From IMG/VR virus record IMGVR_UViG_3300006217_000037: DNA of 64,000 nt; one strand, written 5' to 3'. Positions 9,745-18,100 of this stretch are shown piece after piece. The notes beneath the pieces were generated by a model, which did not search any database, was not told where the DNA came from, and saw nothing but the letters and a program-made list of their open reading frames with translations. Source of the DNA: an uncultured virus (IMG/VR IMGVR_UViG_3300006217_000037). Its lineage: Duplodnaviria > Heunggongvirae > Uroviricota > Caudoviricetes. Both the position numbers and the translations under genes were made by a program. Numbering within the stretch: the first letter of the stretch is position 1; the number at the start of each line of letters is the position of its first letter.

Positions 9745-10131
9745 TCAGTTAAAAGTCATATATTCGGCAGTCACGTTGATGTAACGCCGCTTGATTGCCG
9801 GGTCTACCTCATCTGCAAGGTTCTGGCACCACGGAGCTCCTCGGTTCAGCCAGATATAACCGTCATCGCACTTGAGCATTTTCCCGCTGTAACCAATAGC
9901 CTCCGACAGCTCTTGGGCTTTTGCGTTGGGAATCGCCTCGCTCTCCGTCCGATACCACAGGTTTACCGTCAGGCTCACAGGCTCGCCGCCCCAGGCGTCA
10001 AAGATAGGGGTGTAGGTCAGGTAAGGAAGAACCACATCCGGTTCTCCGTTTTCGTTCAGCACGGCGGTATCTGGGTAAGCCGGGATGTCGAACCCGGAGA
10101 AAAAGGCGTAGAGAGCTTTGTCTTTGGTCAC
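9745..10131 (-). CDS. Tail completion/terminator protein
   Basis: PYLTY, VNLWYR motifs; synteny. Confidence 0.65.
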   Translation of the reverse strand: MTKDKALYAFFSGFDIPAYPDTAVLNENGEPDVVLPYLTYTPIFDAWGGEPVSLTVNLWYRTESEAIPNAKAQELSEAIGYSGKMLKCDDGYIWLNRGAPWCQNLADEVDPAIKRRYINVTAEYMTFN

Positions 10132-10478
10132 TGCGGCAGCGCCCACCTTTCCACCGTAAAATACTTCAAATCAAATGTGGAAGACTTCGGTGCTTTCTTC
10201 TCATCCGGGTTAGAGGTCACGCGGTAGGTCAGGCCGGTGTTCTTGTCCTTGAAAGCGTCCCCGTACTCCAGCGGAAAGTCCCTCTGCACCAGTGCGGAGG
10301 ACAGGCTTTTTACGCCCTCCTGCTGGGCCCGTCGTGCCTCCATACTGGTGTCCAGGTACTGGAAGTTCTCAAACTCCGCGCCTTCCTCCCAGGTGGTAAG
10401 GTATCCGCCAGCGCCGTCCGGCACCCGCCGTTTCTCCATCAGCACACAGGGAACGGCGAAATCAGTTAAAAGGCTCAT
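10128..10478 (-). CDS. Head closure protein
   Basis: 116 aa; PDGAGGYLTTW motif. Confidence 0.7.
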   Translation of the reverse strand: MSLLTDFAVPCVLMEKRRVPDGAGGYLTTWEEGAEFENFQYLDTSMEARRAQQEGVKSLSSALVQRDFPLEYGDAFKDKNTGLTYRVTSNPDEKKAPKSSTFDLKYFTVERWALPQ

Positions 10479-10714
10479 TCTGCGGCCCTCCTGTTCCAGT
10501 CAGCCACTGCTTGTGCATATCCATCCTCCGAAATAACAAATTCTCCGTCTTCTCTGCAAAATCGAGTGTGATACTGCTTGCCTGTATTTGCCCCACATTT
10601 TTTGCATTTGATCACATGGTCTTGTGAAAACGAATTGCCCGGACCGCTGCCGATAGATTTCAATTCAACGATGGCCTCTCCACCGCAAAATGGGCAAGGT
10701 TTCAATTTCTCCAT
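10475..10714 (-). CDS. Lar-family restriction alleviation protein
   Basis: LKPCPFCGGEA...CKKCGA...AVADWNRRA. Confidence 0.75.
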   Translation of the reverse strand: MEKLKPCPFCGGEAIVELKSIGSGPGNSFSQDHVIKCKKCGANTGKQYHTRFCREDGEFVISEDGYAQAVADWNRRAAE

Positions 10715-10715
10715 C

Positions 10716-11162
10716 TCATATCTCCCTCAGCTTTCTGTACGGGTCCAGCCGGGCCCGGAACGCCGCCTGCCAGCCGCCGGAACCTGTGCTGTCACCCGCG
10801 CCGCTGGCTTTTGTGTATGCGTAACCGCCGAAACTTTCGGAGGTGTATGGGCTGTCTATAACGGCCCCATACTTTTTCTGCCACGCCTCGATCTCTCCGG
10901 CCAGCTCCACCACAGCTTTGGGCACCGCCAGGGCCCAGACGGTTCCATGAAAGGTCTCATCCTCCAGCGCCGCCATATCCGGTCCATACCGATGCAGACC
11001 GTCGTTGAACACGCTGCCCATGATGCGGAAATACTGTCCGTCCTGGAGGAAGGGCAGCGCGATCCGCCCATCCTCGATGGTGTAGGTACCGTGGTGGATT
11101 CCGTCCGCCCCATCCCGCACCCGGAACCAGTTGTGGAGCTCTGTCAAAATCTGTTCCAGCAT
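10716..11162 (-). CDS. Head-tail adaptor
   Basis: 148 aa; SESFGGYAYT motif; follows capsid. Confidence 0.75.
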   Translation of the reverse strand: MLEQILTELHNWFRVRDGADGIHHGTYTIEDGRIALPFLQDGQYFRIMGSVFNDGLHRYGPDMAALEDETFHGTVWALAVPKAVVELAGEIEAWQKKYGAVIDSPYTSESFGGYAYTKASGAGDSTGSGGWQAAFRARLDPYRKLREI

Positions 11163-11180
11163 CGCGCCGCCCTCCTTTTC

Positions 11181-12137
11181 TTACTTGCCTGCGGCCTTTG
11201 CGGGCGCGGCCTGGACAGCTGCACCGGACGCGCTGCCCACTGTCACAACGGCGATGCCGTCCAGATACTCCGCCCACAGCTTCATGCCCATGATGGCGTA
11301 GCTTTCGCCAACAGCGGTGCTGTAGTTGCCCTGGGCGTGGAATCCAATCAGGTTGGTTTCGCCCTGGGTGGTGTAGTTGAGACCCAGCCGGGCAAACTCG
11401 CTGTCGCTGGGGTCGATGTAATACAGGTCGATGTTCTCCACGGGGGTTGCAATGACCTTGCCACGTGCAATGAAACTGGCGGGCAGCAGGAACAGCGTGG
11501 AGTAGCCCAGGAAGTTCTCAATGTAGTTCAGACCGAACTGCGTCTGAACCGTGATTTCGGCAGCGCCCAGGTAGTCGTAGGCGTCCAAAATATTAGCAAA
11601 GCCCACCACGGAGGTAACGTCCTTCTGCATGGCGGCAAACTTGTTCAGCACCTCGCCCTGGGCTTTGGCAAGCGCCATCTGCCAGCCGGATGCCGTGCCG
11701 GTCAGCGTTCCCGTATTGAGGAAGGCGTAGAAATCTCCCAGCACCACATTCTGAAGCTTGTTCAAAAAGGCGTCGTCGCTTTTCTCAATGGCGATCTCCG
11801 CGCCGTACTTGTCCACATCCTCCACAGGAACGGCTTTCGCATACTTTTTGATGGTCAGGTTATCCTTGGACGCCTTGGTGATCGTGGCCTTGCTGTAAGG
11901 AATCACCTGGCCGGGGCCCACGTCGCCGTCCTCCAACTCCACGCTGGCGGTATAGGAAATGAGTTGAGTCCCGGGGGCCTTGCGAATCGGACGCATGATG
12001 CCGAGAATCCGGCGCAGCGCGTCCCAGTTGTCATTGAATCGGGTTACGAAATCGACCTCCCGCGCGGTAACGCCTGTGTATACGTTGGGCAAAGAATCCC
12101 GCGGATTGGCCAGAGTTTCTACGTTAGTAGCAGCCAT
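11181..12137 (-). CDS. Major capsid protein
   Basis: ~318 aa after scaffold; GQVIPYSK, KKYAKAV, AEYLDGIAV motifs. Confidence 0.85.
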   Translation of the reverse strand: MAATNVETLANPRDSLPNVYTGVTAREVDFVTRFNDNWDALRRILGIMRPIRKAPGTQLISYTASVELEDGDVGPGQVIPYSKATITKASKDNLTIKKYAKAVPVEDVDKYGAEIAIEKSDDAFLNKLQNVVLGDFYAFLNTGTLTGTASGWQMALAKAQGEVLNKFAAMQKDVTSVVGFANILDAYDYLGAAEITVQTQFGLNYIENFLGYSTLFLLPASFIARGKVIATPVENIDLYYIDPSDSEFARLGLNYTTQGETNLIGFHAQGNYSTAVGESYAIMGMKLWAEYLDGIAVVTVGSASGAAVQAAPAKAAGK

Positions 12138-12151
12138 TTCATTCATTCCTT

Positions 12152-12769
12152 TCACATAATCTGATTTTCCATGAGCGCTTTCTGGCGCTCGGAGGCGGAC
12201 ATCAAATAGCGGCCTTTGTCGTCCTTCTTGTAGATGTCCGCTTTTGTCATCCCGCCGCCGGTGTTGGCGGGCGGATGGGCGGTGTTCGCGCCGCTGGTTG
12301 TCGTGGTGCTCACCAGGCCGGAGAAATCGCCCTTCACCAAAGCCTCTAGGGCGGCGGCGTCCTTGATCTTGCCGTCCTCGCCCAACTCCAGGGCGTCAAT
12401 TTCCGTGCCGCTGCCCCGCATGGCAATATCCAGGGCCTTGCCGGTGATGCCCTTGCTCTCGTAGTAGGCCCGGGCTGCCGCTTCTTTGGCGGCTTTGGTC
12501 TCCTTGGCAGTCACGCCGGTTTTGTAGTCCTCAAATTCCTTTTTGAGGGCGTCGTGCTTGTCCTTCCAGCCGTCTTTCTTCGCGGCCTCCAGGTCAGCCT
12601 TCGCCGAGTCCAGCTCCTTTTGCACACCGGGAAGGTCTTTCGCTGCGGCCTCCGCCTTTTCAAGGCTGTCCTTCAGGCCGCTTACGGTTTCGGTATGGGC
12701 CTCAATGATCTGGTCGATCTTCTCCTCCTCGATGCCCATTGCTTTGAGAAATTTCCTTGTCAGTGCCAT
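12152..12769 (-). CDS. Capsid scaffolding protein
   Basis: MALTRKFLKAMGI start, charged coiled coil, precedes capsid. Confidence 0.8.
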   Translation of the reverse strand: MALTRKFLKAMGIEEEKIDQIIEAHTETVSGLKDSLEKAEAAAKDLPGVQKELDSAKADLEAAKKDGWKDKHDALKKEFEDYKTGVTAKETKAAKEAAARAYYESKGITGKALDIAMRGSGTEIDALELGEDGKIKDAAALEALVKGDFSGLVSTTTTSGANTAHPPANTGGGMTKADIYKKDDKGRYLMSASERQKALMENQIM

Positions 12770-12847
12770 GTTCGTTCTCCTTTTCTTTGGTCCCGGTTCC
12801 TCGGGGGCGAACGTCGTATAAAAACCGCTGTGCCTCGCGGGTCTTAC

Positions 12848-12895
12848 CAAAAGAAAAAGAGGCCAGCTATCTGAAAACCTCAGATAGTTGACCTC
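12848..12895 (-). terminator. Intrinsic terminator-like hairpin inside late operon
   Basis: Stem GAGGTCAACTATCTGA/TCAGATAGCTGGCCTC followed by TTTTTCTTTT. Confidence 0.7.
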
Positions 12896-12918
12896 ATTCG
12901 GCCCTTCCCGGCGACCAT

Positions 12919-13062
12919 TTACGCCGTGGGAGCAGCATCCAGTTTTAAGCGCTTTCGCTGTATCGTCTGGGCTATGATGTTGCCGTCTTTGTCCTTTAAG
13001 ACCTCAACCCGCAGGCCATTGGAAATGGCTTCTTCAATGGCCTTTACGGTCTTTTCATCCAT
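12919..13062 (-). CDS. Small 47-aa protein (not in ORF track)
   Basis: MDEKTVKAIEEAISNGLRVEVLKDKDGNIIAQTIQRKRLKLDAAPTA; start overlaps end of upstream gene. Confidence 0.6.
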   Translation of the reverse strand: MDEKTVKAIEEAISNGLRVEVLKDKDGNIIAQTIQRKRLKLDAAPTA

Positions 13063-13453
13063 TCCTCAGCTCCCCCTCGATGATGGATTTGTAAGTAGAA
13101 AGATGGTCCGCCACGGCGGGCCTCAAGAAGGGCTGCGCCCGCTGGCCGTGGGTCAGATGCCAATTCCCCTGCGCGTCCTGGTAAACCCACGGCGTTTGAC
13201 GGCCGCCGGGGTAGTATTTGCCGGTGCCCAGCTCCACATAGGCGGCGTACTCGCTGTTGCTGCCAATGTACACAGCGGGTTCGCCAGAATTCACCTGGTG
13301 GGTGATGCTGTTGCGGAGATTACCGGTATCAACAGGGCACAGCAGCTTGGCAAACCCCTCTGCCGTCAAACCGCACTTTTCCAGCGCCCGCAGGGCAGCG
13401 GCAAGCATCTCCTCTTTGGCGAGGGAACTGTTGTCGGTGATTTTAATCTGCAA
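13055..13453 (-). CDS. HK97 gp10-like morphogenesis protein
   Basis: PVDTGNLRNSI, YAAYVELGT, QPFLRPA. Confidence 0.85.
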   Translation of the reverse strand: MQIKITDNSSLAKEEMLAAALRALEKCGLTAEGFAKLLCPVDTGNLRNSITHQVNSGEPAVYIGSNSEYAAYVELGTGKYYPGGRQTPWVYQDAQGNWHLTHGQRAQPFLRPAVADHLSTYKSIIEGELRNG

Positions 13454-13646
13454 GGCTTTTCACCTTCGTCCCTGCGTTCCCGCCGCAATAAAACTGACAC
13501 GGACATTTATCGTCCCCATATAAGAAACAGTACGCCCAACATCCATCATCCAAAATGCACAATGGACATTTGGAGCATATCTCGCAATTAAAACTGCTTG
13601 GAAATTCAAAATCATCTGGGAACTCGAACACAACAGTCTTTTTCAT
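13443..13646 (-). CDS. Cys-rich small protein
   Basis: 67 aa, 9 Cys, ATGA-coupled to minor head gene. Confidence 0.55.
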   Translation of the reverse strand: MKKTVVFEFPDDFEFPSSFNCEICSKCPLCILDDGCWAYCFLYGDDKCPCQFYCGGNAGTKVKSLAD

Positions 13647-14665
13647 CTCTGCAAATTCCCCTCCCCTCGCTTGTGGTTCTCCCACTGTGCAAATGTCATA
13701 TTGGGCAGCAAACCCCATCGGTCCCGCCGCAGGGCATCGCTCATATCCACGCCCTTTACCTGCGCAATCATGGTACAGCGGCAATTATAGATCAAATGCC
13801 CCGGACCACTAGAATCTCCTGGGTACATCAACTCATAGCCGCCTACGATAAACGGCTTGTCTTCCGCCACCGTCTGCCCGTCAGCTGTTGCGTGATCGTG
13901 CCGCGTTCTGCTGTCCAGCGTGGCCAGCCACCGCTTTTCCAGCTCGATGCCCATTTTCACGGCTGCGTCATAGCTGTCCTGCCGCCCGGCGTTTTGGGCC
14001 CCGGTGACGGCGGTCCGCGCCGCTCGAATAGCGCTGTTCCGGTTCATGTTGGGGATATTGTTCTGGAGCCGGTCTGCCAGATGCTGGATGCTCTCTCCCT
14101 GGAGAATACCGCTGGTGACCTGCGCGGTGATCTGCCGCTTGCCCCAAGCAAGGTCAAATCCACGCTTTATAGCTCTCTTCGGCGGATAATATGGCATAAG
14201 GTCTGGCTGTTCCACGATCAGGCGCTTCACAGTCTGCTCATCCCATAGGTCAAAACCGACATTGGCCCCTACCTGCTGCTCGATGATGTACGCCGCATAG
14301 TTTCGGTTCAAAGAATACAGCCCCGGTGTGGTATCGTTTATGTAAGCCGCCGCCACCTCGTTTGCTTTGGTCATCCGCTCCGCCACCCGGTCCCGCAGGG
14401 CCTCAAAGCGCTTGCCGCGCCCGATCTGCGCCAGCCGCCACTGCTGGTAGTCCTGTTCTGTGTACTCTTTGCCGTTGACGATGGTCCCGATCAGGGCCTT
14501 TGTCTCCTCATCCCGCTTTTTGAAACTATCGAAGTAGGCATCGATTTTGCCGGTCAGCTCGTCGGCGGCCTTCTGGTATTCGGCGGCGATGCGCTGTTCC
14601 AAAGCGGCAAGCTCCTGGTTGGTCAGACGGTGGGCAAGGTCAGGCTTTTTATCAATAGCCGCCAT
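13643..14665 (-). CDS. Minor head protein (MuF/SPP1 gp7 family)
   Basis: KRWLATLDSRTRHDH...YPGD...NCRC. Confidence 0.9.
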   Translation of the reverse strand: MAAIDKKPDLAHRLTNQELAALEQRIAAEYQKAADELTGKIDAYFDSFKKRDEETKALIGTIVNGKEYTEQDYQQWRLAQIGRGKRFEALRDRVAERMTKANEVAAAYINDTTPGLYSLNRNYAAYIIEQQVGANVGFDLWDEQTVKRLIVEQPDLMPYYPPKRAIKRGFDLAWGKRQITAQVTSGILQGESIQHLADRLQNNIPNMNRNSAIRAARTAVTGAQNAGRQDSYDAAVKMGIELEKRWLATLDSRTRHDHATADGQTVAEDKPFIVGGYELMYPGDSSGPGHLIYNCRCTMIAQVKGVDMSDALRRDRWGLLPNMTFAQWENHKRGEGNLQR

Positions 14666-14885
14666 CGTTTTTCATAAGCCAATTTTTCAGTTCAACTTGC
14701 GCTTTTGCAAACGCATATTCCACATCACAGCTTTGCACAGAAACGATTTGTAAGTCTTCCCCATTTTTCCCACAGCACTTTTTGTAGATGGTAATGCACC
14801 AATCCATAATTTTTGAGTAATAGATTTCAAGGTGCATTGGAAAGCCACTCGCTTTTTCGTCAAATAATTTCAAAAAATCTTGCAT
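14652..14885 (-). CDS. Hypothetical protein
   Basis: 77 aa, visibly AT-rich, coupled to portal stop. Confidence 0.6.
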   Translation of the reverse strand: MQDFLKLFDEKASGFPMHLEIYYSKIMDWCITIYKKCCGKNGEDLQIVSVQSCDVEYAFAKAQVELKNWLMKNDGGY

Positions 14886-16294
14886 TATCGTTTATCCCCT
14901 GCCTCAGTCTCATTCCCACCATCCTGCGGATTGTTCTCGTCAAACCGGTCTAAATCATCCGCCGCACGGCGTTTCATGATTTCCTCCGCCTCCTCCGGCG
15001 TAATCCACGGCAGTTTGTTCAAAACGGTCTCGCTGTCCAGCTCCGCCGCCGCCATCATCACCATTTGGGTCTCCTCCATCTGGTTGGCAATGCGGTTCCA
15101 CCGGAAAGACGGTTCATCTTCGATGCCCAGCAGCATCAGCAGCCGGGCGATAAAATCACGGATGCAGTATTCGAACGCGCCGCACTTGTCATCCTGCGGC
15201 TGGTATGCCATTCGGATTGACGTTGCGGTCTTATCCCCGGCCAGCGCTTTTTCAATGTCCAGCAACATGAAATCATCGTACATATCGGACCGCAGCAGCT
15301 CCAGCATCCGCATACTGGCCTCCACTGGAATTTCCAGCGTGTGAGCTTCTGCCGTGACCCCCCGGTCCAGAACCGCCGCCCGAACAACGTGCATTTTCTT
15401 TACAAATTTTGCAAGGTCAACGTCATCCATGCCTTGGGCGTTGTCCAGCGTCCAATAAAAACCGTTGCTGTCGGAAATGTCCCCTGCCAGGTCAGAGGAA
15501 ATAAAGTCATAGCAGTCGATAGAAGGGCGGACGCCTATGATTTCCGACTCCTTCAAATCGTTGGCCCAAATTGGGATAATCGGAAACCCGGGGTAATTTT
15601 CCCCACCGACAATCTCCATAAAGCCCAGACTGCTGCTCCGTTTGGTCACTCTGTACGGCTTGCGCCCGCCCAGGGGCTGCATATCTTCGCCTTCTCGCTT
15701 GATATAGTCGGTATAGCCTTCCTGCTCGTAAAGCGTAAACCGTTCCGTTTTGCTGTTCGCAACTCCGCCGTTGTCGATGATACGCCAATACCGCACTCCG
15801 GCCCTCAAAAGGCCGCTGTCCCGGTCGTACAGAGGAGAAAAGCCGGGAGACTTCGGCGTATCCGCAAACGGGAATACCTCCAAATGGTCCAGGTTCCAAA
15901 AGCCAAAGGCCACACCGTCCACCATCGCCTTTTTGCAAAGCTCCTGTAGACGGTTGTCGAAGCTGGACCCCAGCTTCTTTTTTGTCTCCTCTCGTTGAAA
16001 GGTTACGCCGTTGGACAGGACATATTGAACCTGCTGGAGCACAAACCGCCGGAAAAAGCCGTGGGTCAGCTTATAGTTGCTGCTCCAGATATCCGGCACC
16101 TGGATACCCTGCTCGTCATAGATGTATTTCTGAGCCCTCAAAATGGTGGGATTGCGCTTGGCGTAGTATAATTCGGCGTCCTCTGCCGTCCTGTAATCAG
16201 CACTGGTCCTATGGTCATTCACAACAGCCCGGATAAAGTCCATCCGGTCTGTTTCGGAGAGGCCGATTGCCTCTAAATCCTGATAGGTTTTAAT
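14885..16294 (-). CDS. Portal protein (SPP1 gp6-like), probable ATT start
   Basis: Follows terminase; FPIIPIW, IDCYD motifs; SD AAGGAGG 8 nt before in-frame ATT AAA ACC TAT. Confidence 0.85.
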   Translation of the reverse strand: MKTYQDLEAIGLSETDRMDFIRAVVNDHRTSADYRTAEDAELYYAKRNPTILRAQKYIYDEQGIQVPDIWSSNYKLTHGFFRRFVLQQVQYVLSNGVTFQREETKKKLGSSFDNRLQELCKKAMVDGVAFGFWNLDHLEVFPFADTPKSPGFSPLYDRDSGLLRAGVRYWRIIDNGGVANSKTERFTLYEQEGYTDYIKREGEDMQPLGGRKPYRVTKRSSSLGFMEIVGGENYPGFPIIPIWANDLKESEIIGVRPSIDCYDFISSDLAGDISDSNGFYWTLDNAQGMDDVDLAKFVKKMHVVRAAVLDRGVTAEAHTLEIPVEASMRMLELLRSDMYDDFMLLDIEKALAGDKTATSIRMAYQPQDDKCGAFEYCIRDFIARLLMLLGIEDEPSFRWNRIANQMEETQMVMMAAAELDSETVLNKLPWITPEEAEEIMKRRAADDLDRFDENNPQDGGNETEAGDKR

Positions 16295-16313
16295 TTCGAC
16301 AACCTCCTTTCCG

Positions 16314-17570
16314 TTAAAACAGCACCCTGCCGCTCTTTTTGTTCCAAATATTCGTTGTCTGCACAAAATAGCGGACAGCATCCATAGCGTGGTCGTTCTC
16401 CTTGATGGGCCTGTCCTCTGTGGCGTCCTCATCCCAGGAATACAGGCCGAATTCCTTGATGGTATTCTCGCAGCTTTCGCAAATCTTGATCGTACCGTCA
16501 GAAATACACTGCGCTGTGTGCCGGATGCCGTCCAGCACATCATTATCAGCGTCCCAAACCTTGAACCGGTAGTTTTTCTCTACCAGCGTGATAAAGGACA
16601 GCGCCGACGGGTCTATAATGATGTGATTAATGTGCAGGTCTCCGGCGAACTTGCACAGATCGTCGTAATACTCCTGATCCGTCTTCTGAAACAGCTTTTT
16701 TCGGCTGTCATAGTAGTATTCCTTGATGCCGTACCAAACGCCGCCGCACAGTCCCCACAGGATCATTGCCGTCGGGTTTCTCGTGCCGTAGTCCATGGAG
16801 ATCATATATTTTCGGTACTGGCGTTCTGTATCCGGTTCTATCTTCTCTTCGGTAAACATCGGATACACAAGGCCGTCCGCAATGCACCGCTGACCCAGGA
16901 TGTCCCGCTTGTACCACACGCTGTTTTTGTCGTAGGTTTTAAGTATCCGGCGAAGCTGTTCGTCCGAAATACTCATGTTGTCGGCGATGGTGAAGTGGCC
17001 GTAGTTGTAGCCGTACGCCGGGTCTTTTTCCTGCTGCGTTTCGTGGAAATCCAAGATATCATAATACCAATGCCCAGGTGCTTTTGGGTTCAGATCGTGA
17101 AATATTTTTCGGTCCGGGCTGGAGATCGTTCGGTCGAAAACCTCTTGGATAAAATTCGTATGGCACTCGTTGGCCTCTGTAATGTAGGCTGTCCCGTATG
17201 TATTTCCCTTAATAAGCCGCTCATCCCGGTCCTTGCCACCGCCGGACACAAGAACGATTTTCTCGCCCGTTGGAGTCTGCACGTATAGGCAATCTCGGTT
17301 CTGATACTGACCCAGACGGCAGCGCCCCTCGAAGAAGTTCATCATGCCATAGCCGTCGCAGTCCAAGATGTTCAGCCGGGCCGTAGAAGTTGACACACCG
17401 GCGATCAGGTGTATCTTGCTGGGGTGTTTCTCCAGAATGGCGCAGTAGGCCAGGGTGATAAGAACGTTCTTCCCGCCGCGCTTCCCGCCCTCCGCCACGT
17501 TGAGCCAGCTGTTGAAGCATCTGTTAAAAAATGCCTTTTGATTTTCAGAAAACGGAGCTGGAAGGTTCAT
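16314..17570 (-). CDS. Terminase large subunit (PBSX-like)
   Basis: GGKRGGKN Walker A, DLNPK, MDYGTRNP, DHAMDAVRY. Confidence 0.93.
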   Translation of the reverse strand: MNLPAPFSENQKAFFNRCFNSWLNVAEGGKRGGKNVLITLAYCAILEKHPSKIHLIAGVSTSTARLNILDCDGYGMMNFFEGRCRLGQYQNRDCLYVQTPTGEKIVLVSGGGKDRDERLIKGNTYGTAYITEANECHTNFIQEVFDRTISSPDRKIFHDLNPKAPGHWYYDILDFHETQQEKDPAYGYNYGHFTIADNMSISDEQLRRILKTYDKNSVWYKRDILGQRCIADGLVYPMFTEEKIEPDTERQYRKYMISMDYGTRNPTAMILWGLCGGVWYGIKEYYYDSRKKLFQKTDQEYYDDLCKFAGDLHINHIIIDPSALSFITLVEKNYRFKVWDADNDVLDGIRHTAQCISDGTIKICESCENTIKEFGLYSWDEDATEDRPIKENDHAMDAVRYFVQTTNIWNKKSGRVLF

Positions 17571-17977
17571 TCCTCAAAGTCCTCAATGTTCCGGTTCTGT
17601 ACCGGTTTCTCAATGATGTCCGCCAGGGCCCGCATAGCCGTCTCCAGGGCGGCGGTCTGTGCGTCCTCCACAGGCTTGTCCTTCCAATCGCCTTTAAGCC
17701 TGTTTTTCAGCCAGAAAATCATAGCTGTGACGTTTCCGCCTATCCCGGCTTCGTACAGGGCGTTTTCCATCTTGATATCCGGGAGGTCTTTGCCCTCTTT
17801 TAGGGCCTCCGAAATCTCCGGGAATTTCTTTTTCCACTCATAGAGTGTAGATGGCGCGATATGCATTTTCGCGGCTATCTGCTCATCGTTCAAGCCGCGG
17901 CGCGCATATCCCTTCAACAGCGTCAGCCCGTCCTCAGTCAGCCAGTATTCAAACTTTCCACGGCCCACCGCCACCAC
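17567..17977 (-). CDS. Terminase small subunit (HTH)
   Basis: HTH QIAAKMHIAPSTLYEWKK; AMIFWLKNR; precedes TerL. Confidence 0.8.
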   Translation of the reverse strand: MVAVGRGKFEYWLTEDGLTLLKGYARRGLNDEQIAAKMHIAPSTLYEWKKKFPEISEALKEGKDLPDIKMENALYEAGIGGNVTAMIFWLKNRLKGDWKDKPVEDAQTAALETAMRALADIIEKPVQNRNIEDFEE

Positions 17978-17995
17978 CTCTCAGTCAAAAATCTT

Positions 17996-18100
17996 TCCTA
18001 TGTGTTCATTTACAACATACCGAATAAAATCCATCCGTTTTTTCGGAGAGGCCGATTTCCTCTAAGTCCTAGAATGTCTTTATGGTCGGTCAACCTCCTT
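17996..18100 (-). pseudogene. Decayed copy of the portal gene 5' end
   Basis: Aligns by eye with 16207-16310; IKTF*DLEEIGLSE../RMDFIRYVVNEH versus IKTYQDLEAIGLSETDRMDFIRAVVNDH. Confidence 0.8.

Noticed and set aside
16295..16543. N-terminal extension of the portal in the ORF track
   Set aside because: Overlaps the terminase gene; the SD points to a start at 16294
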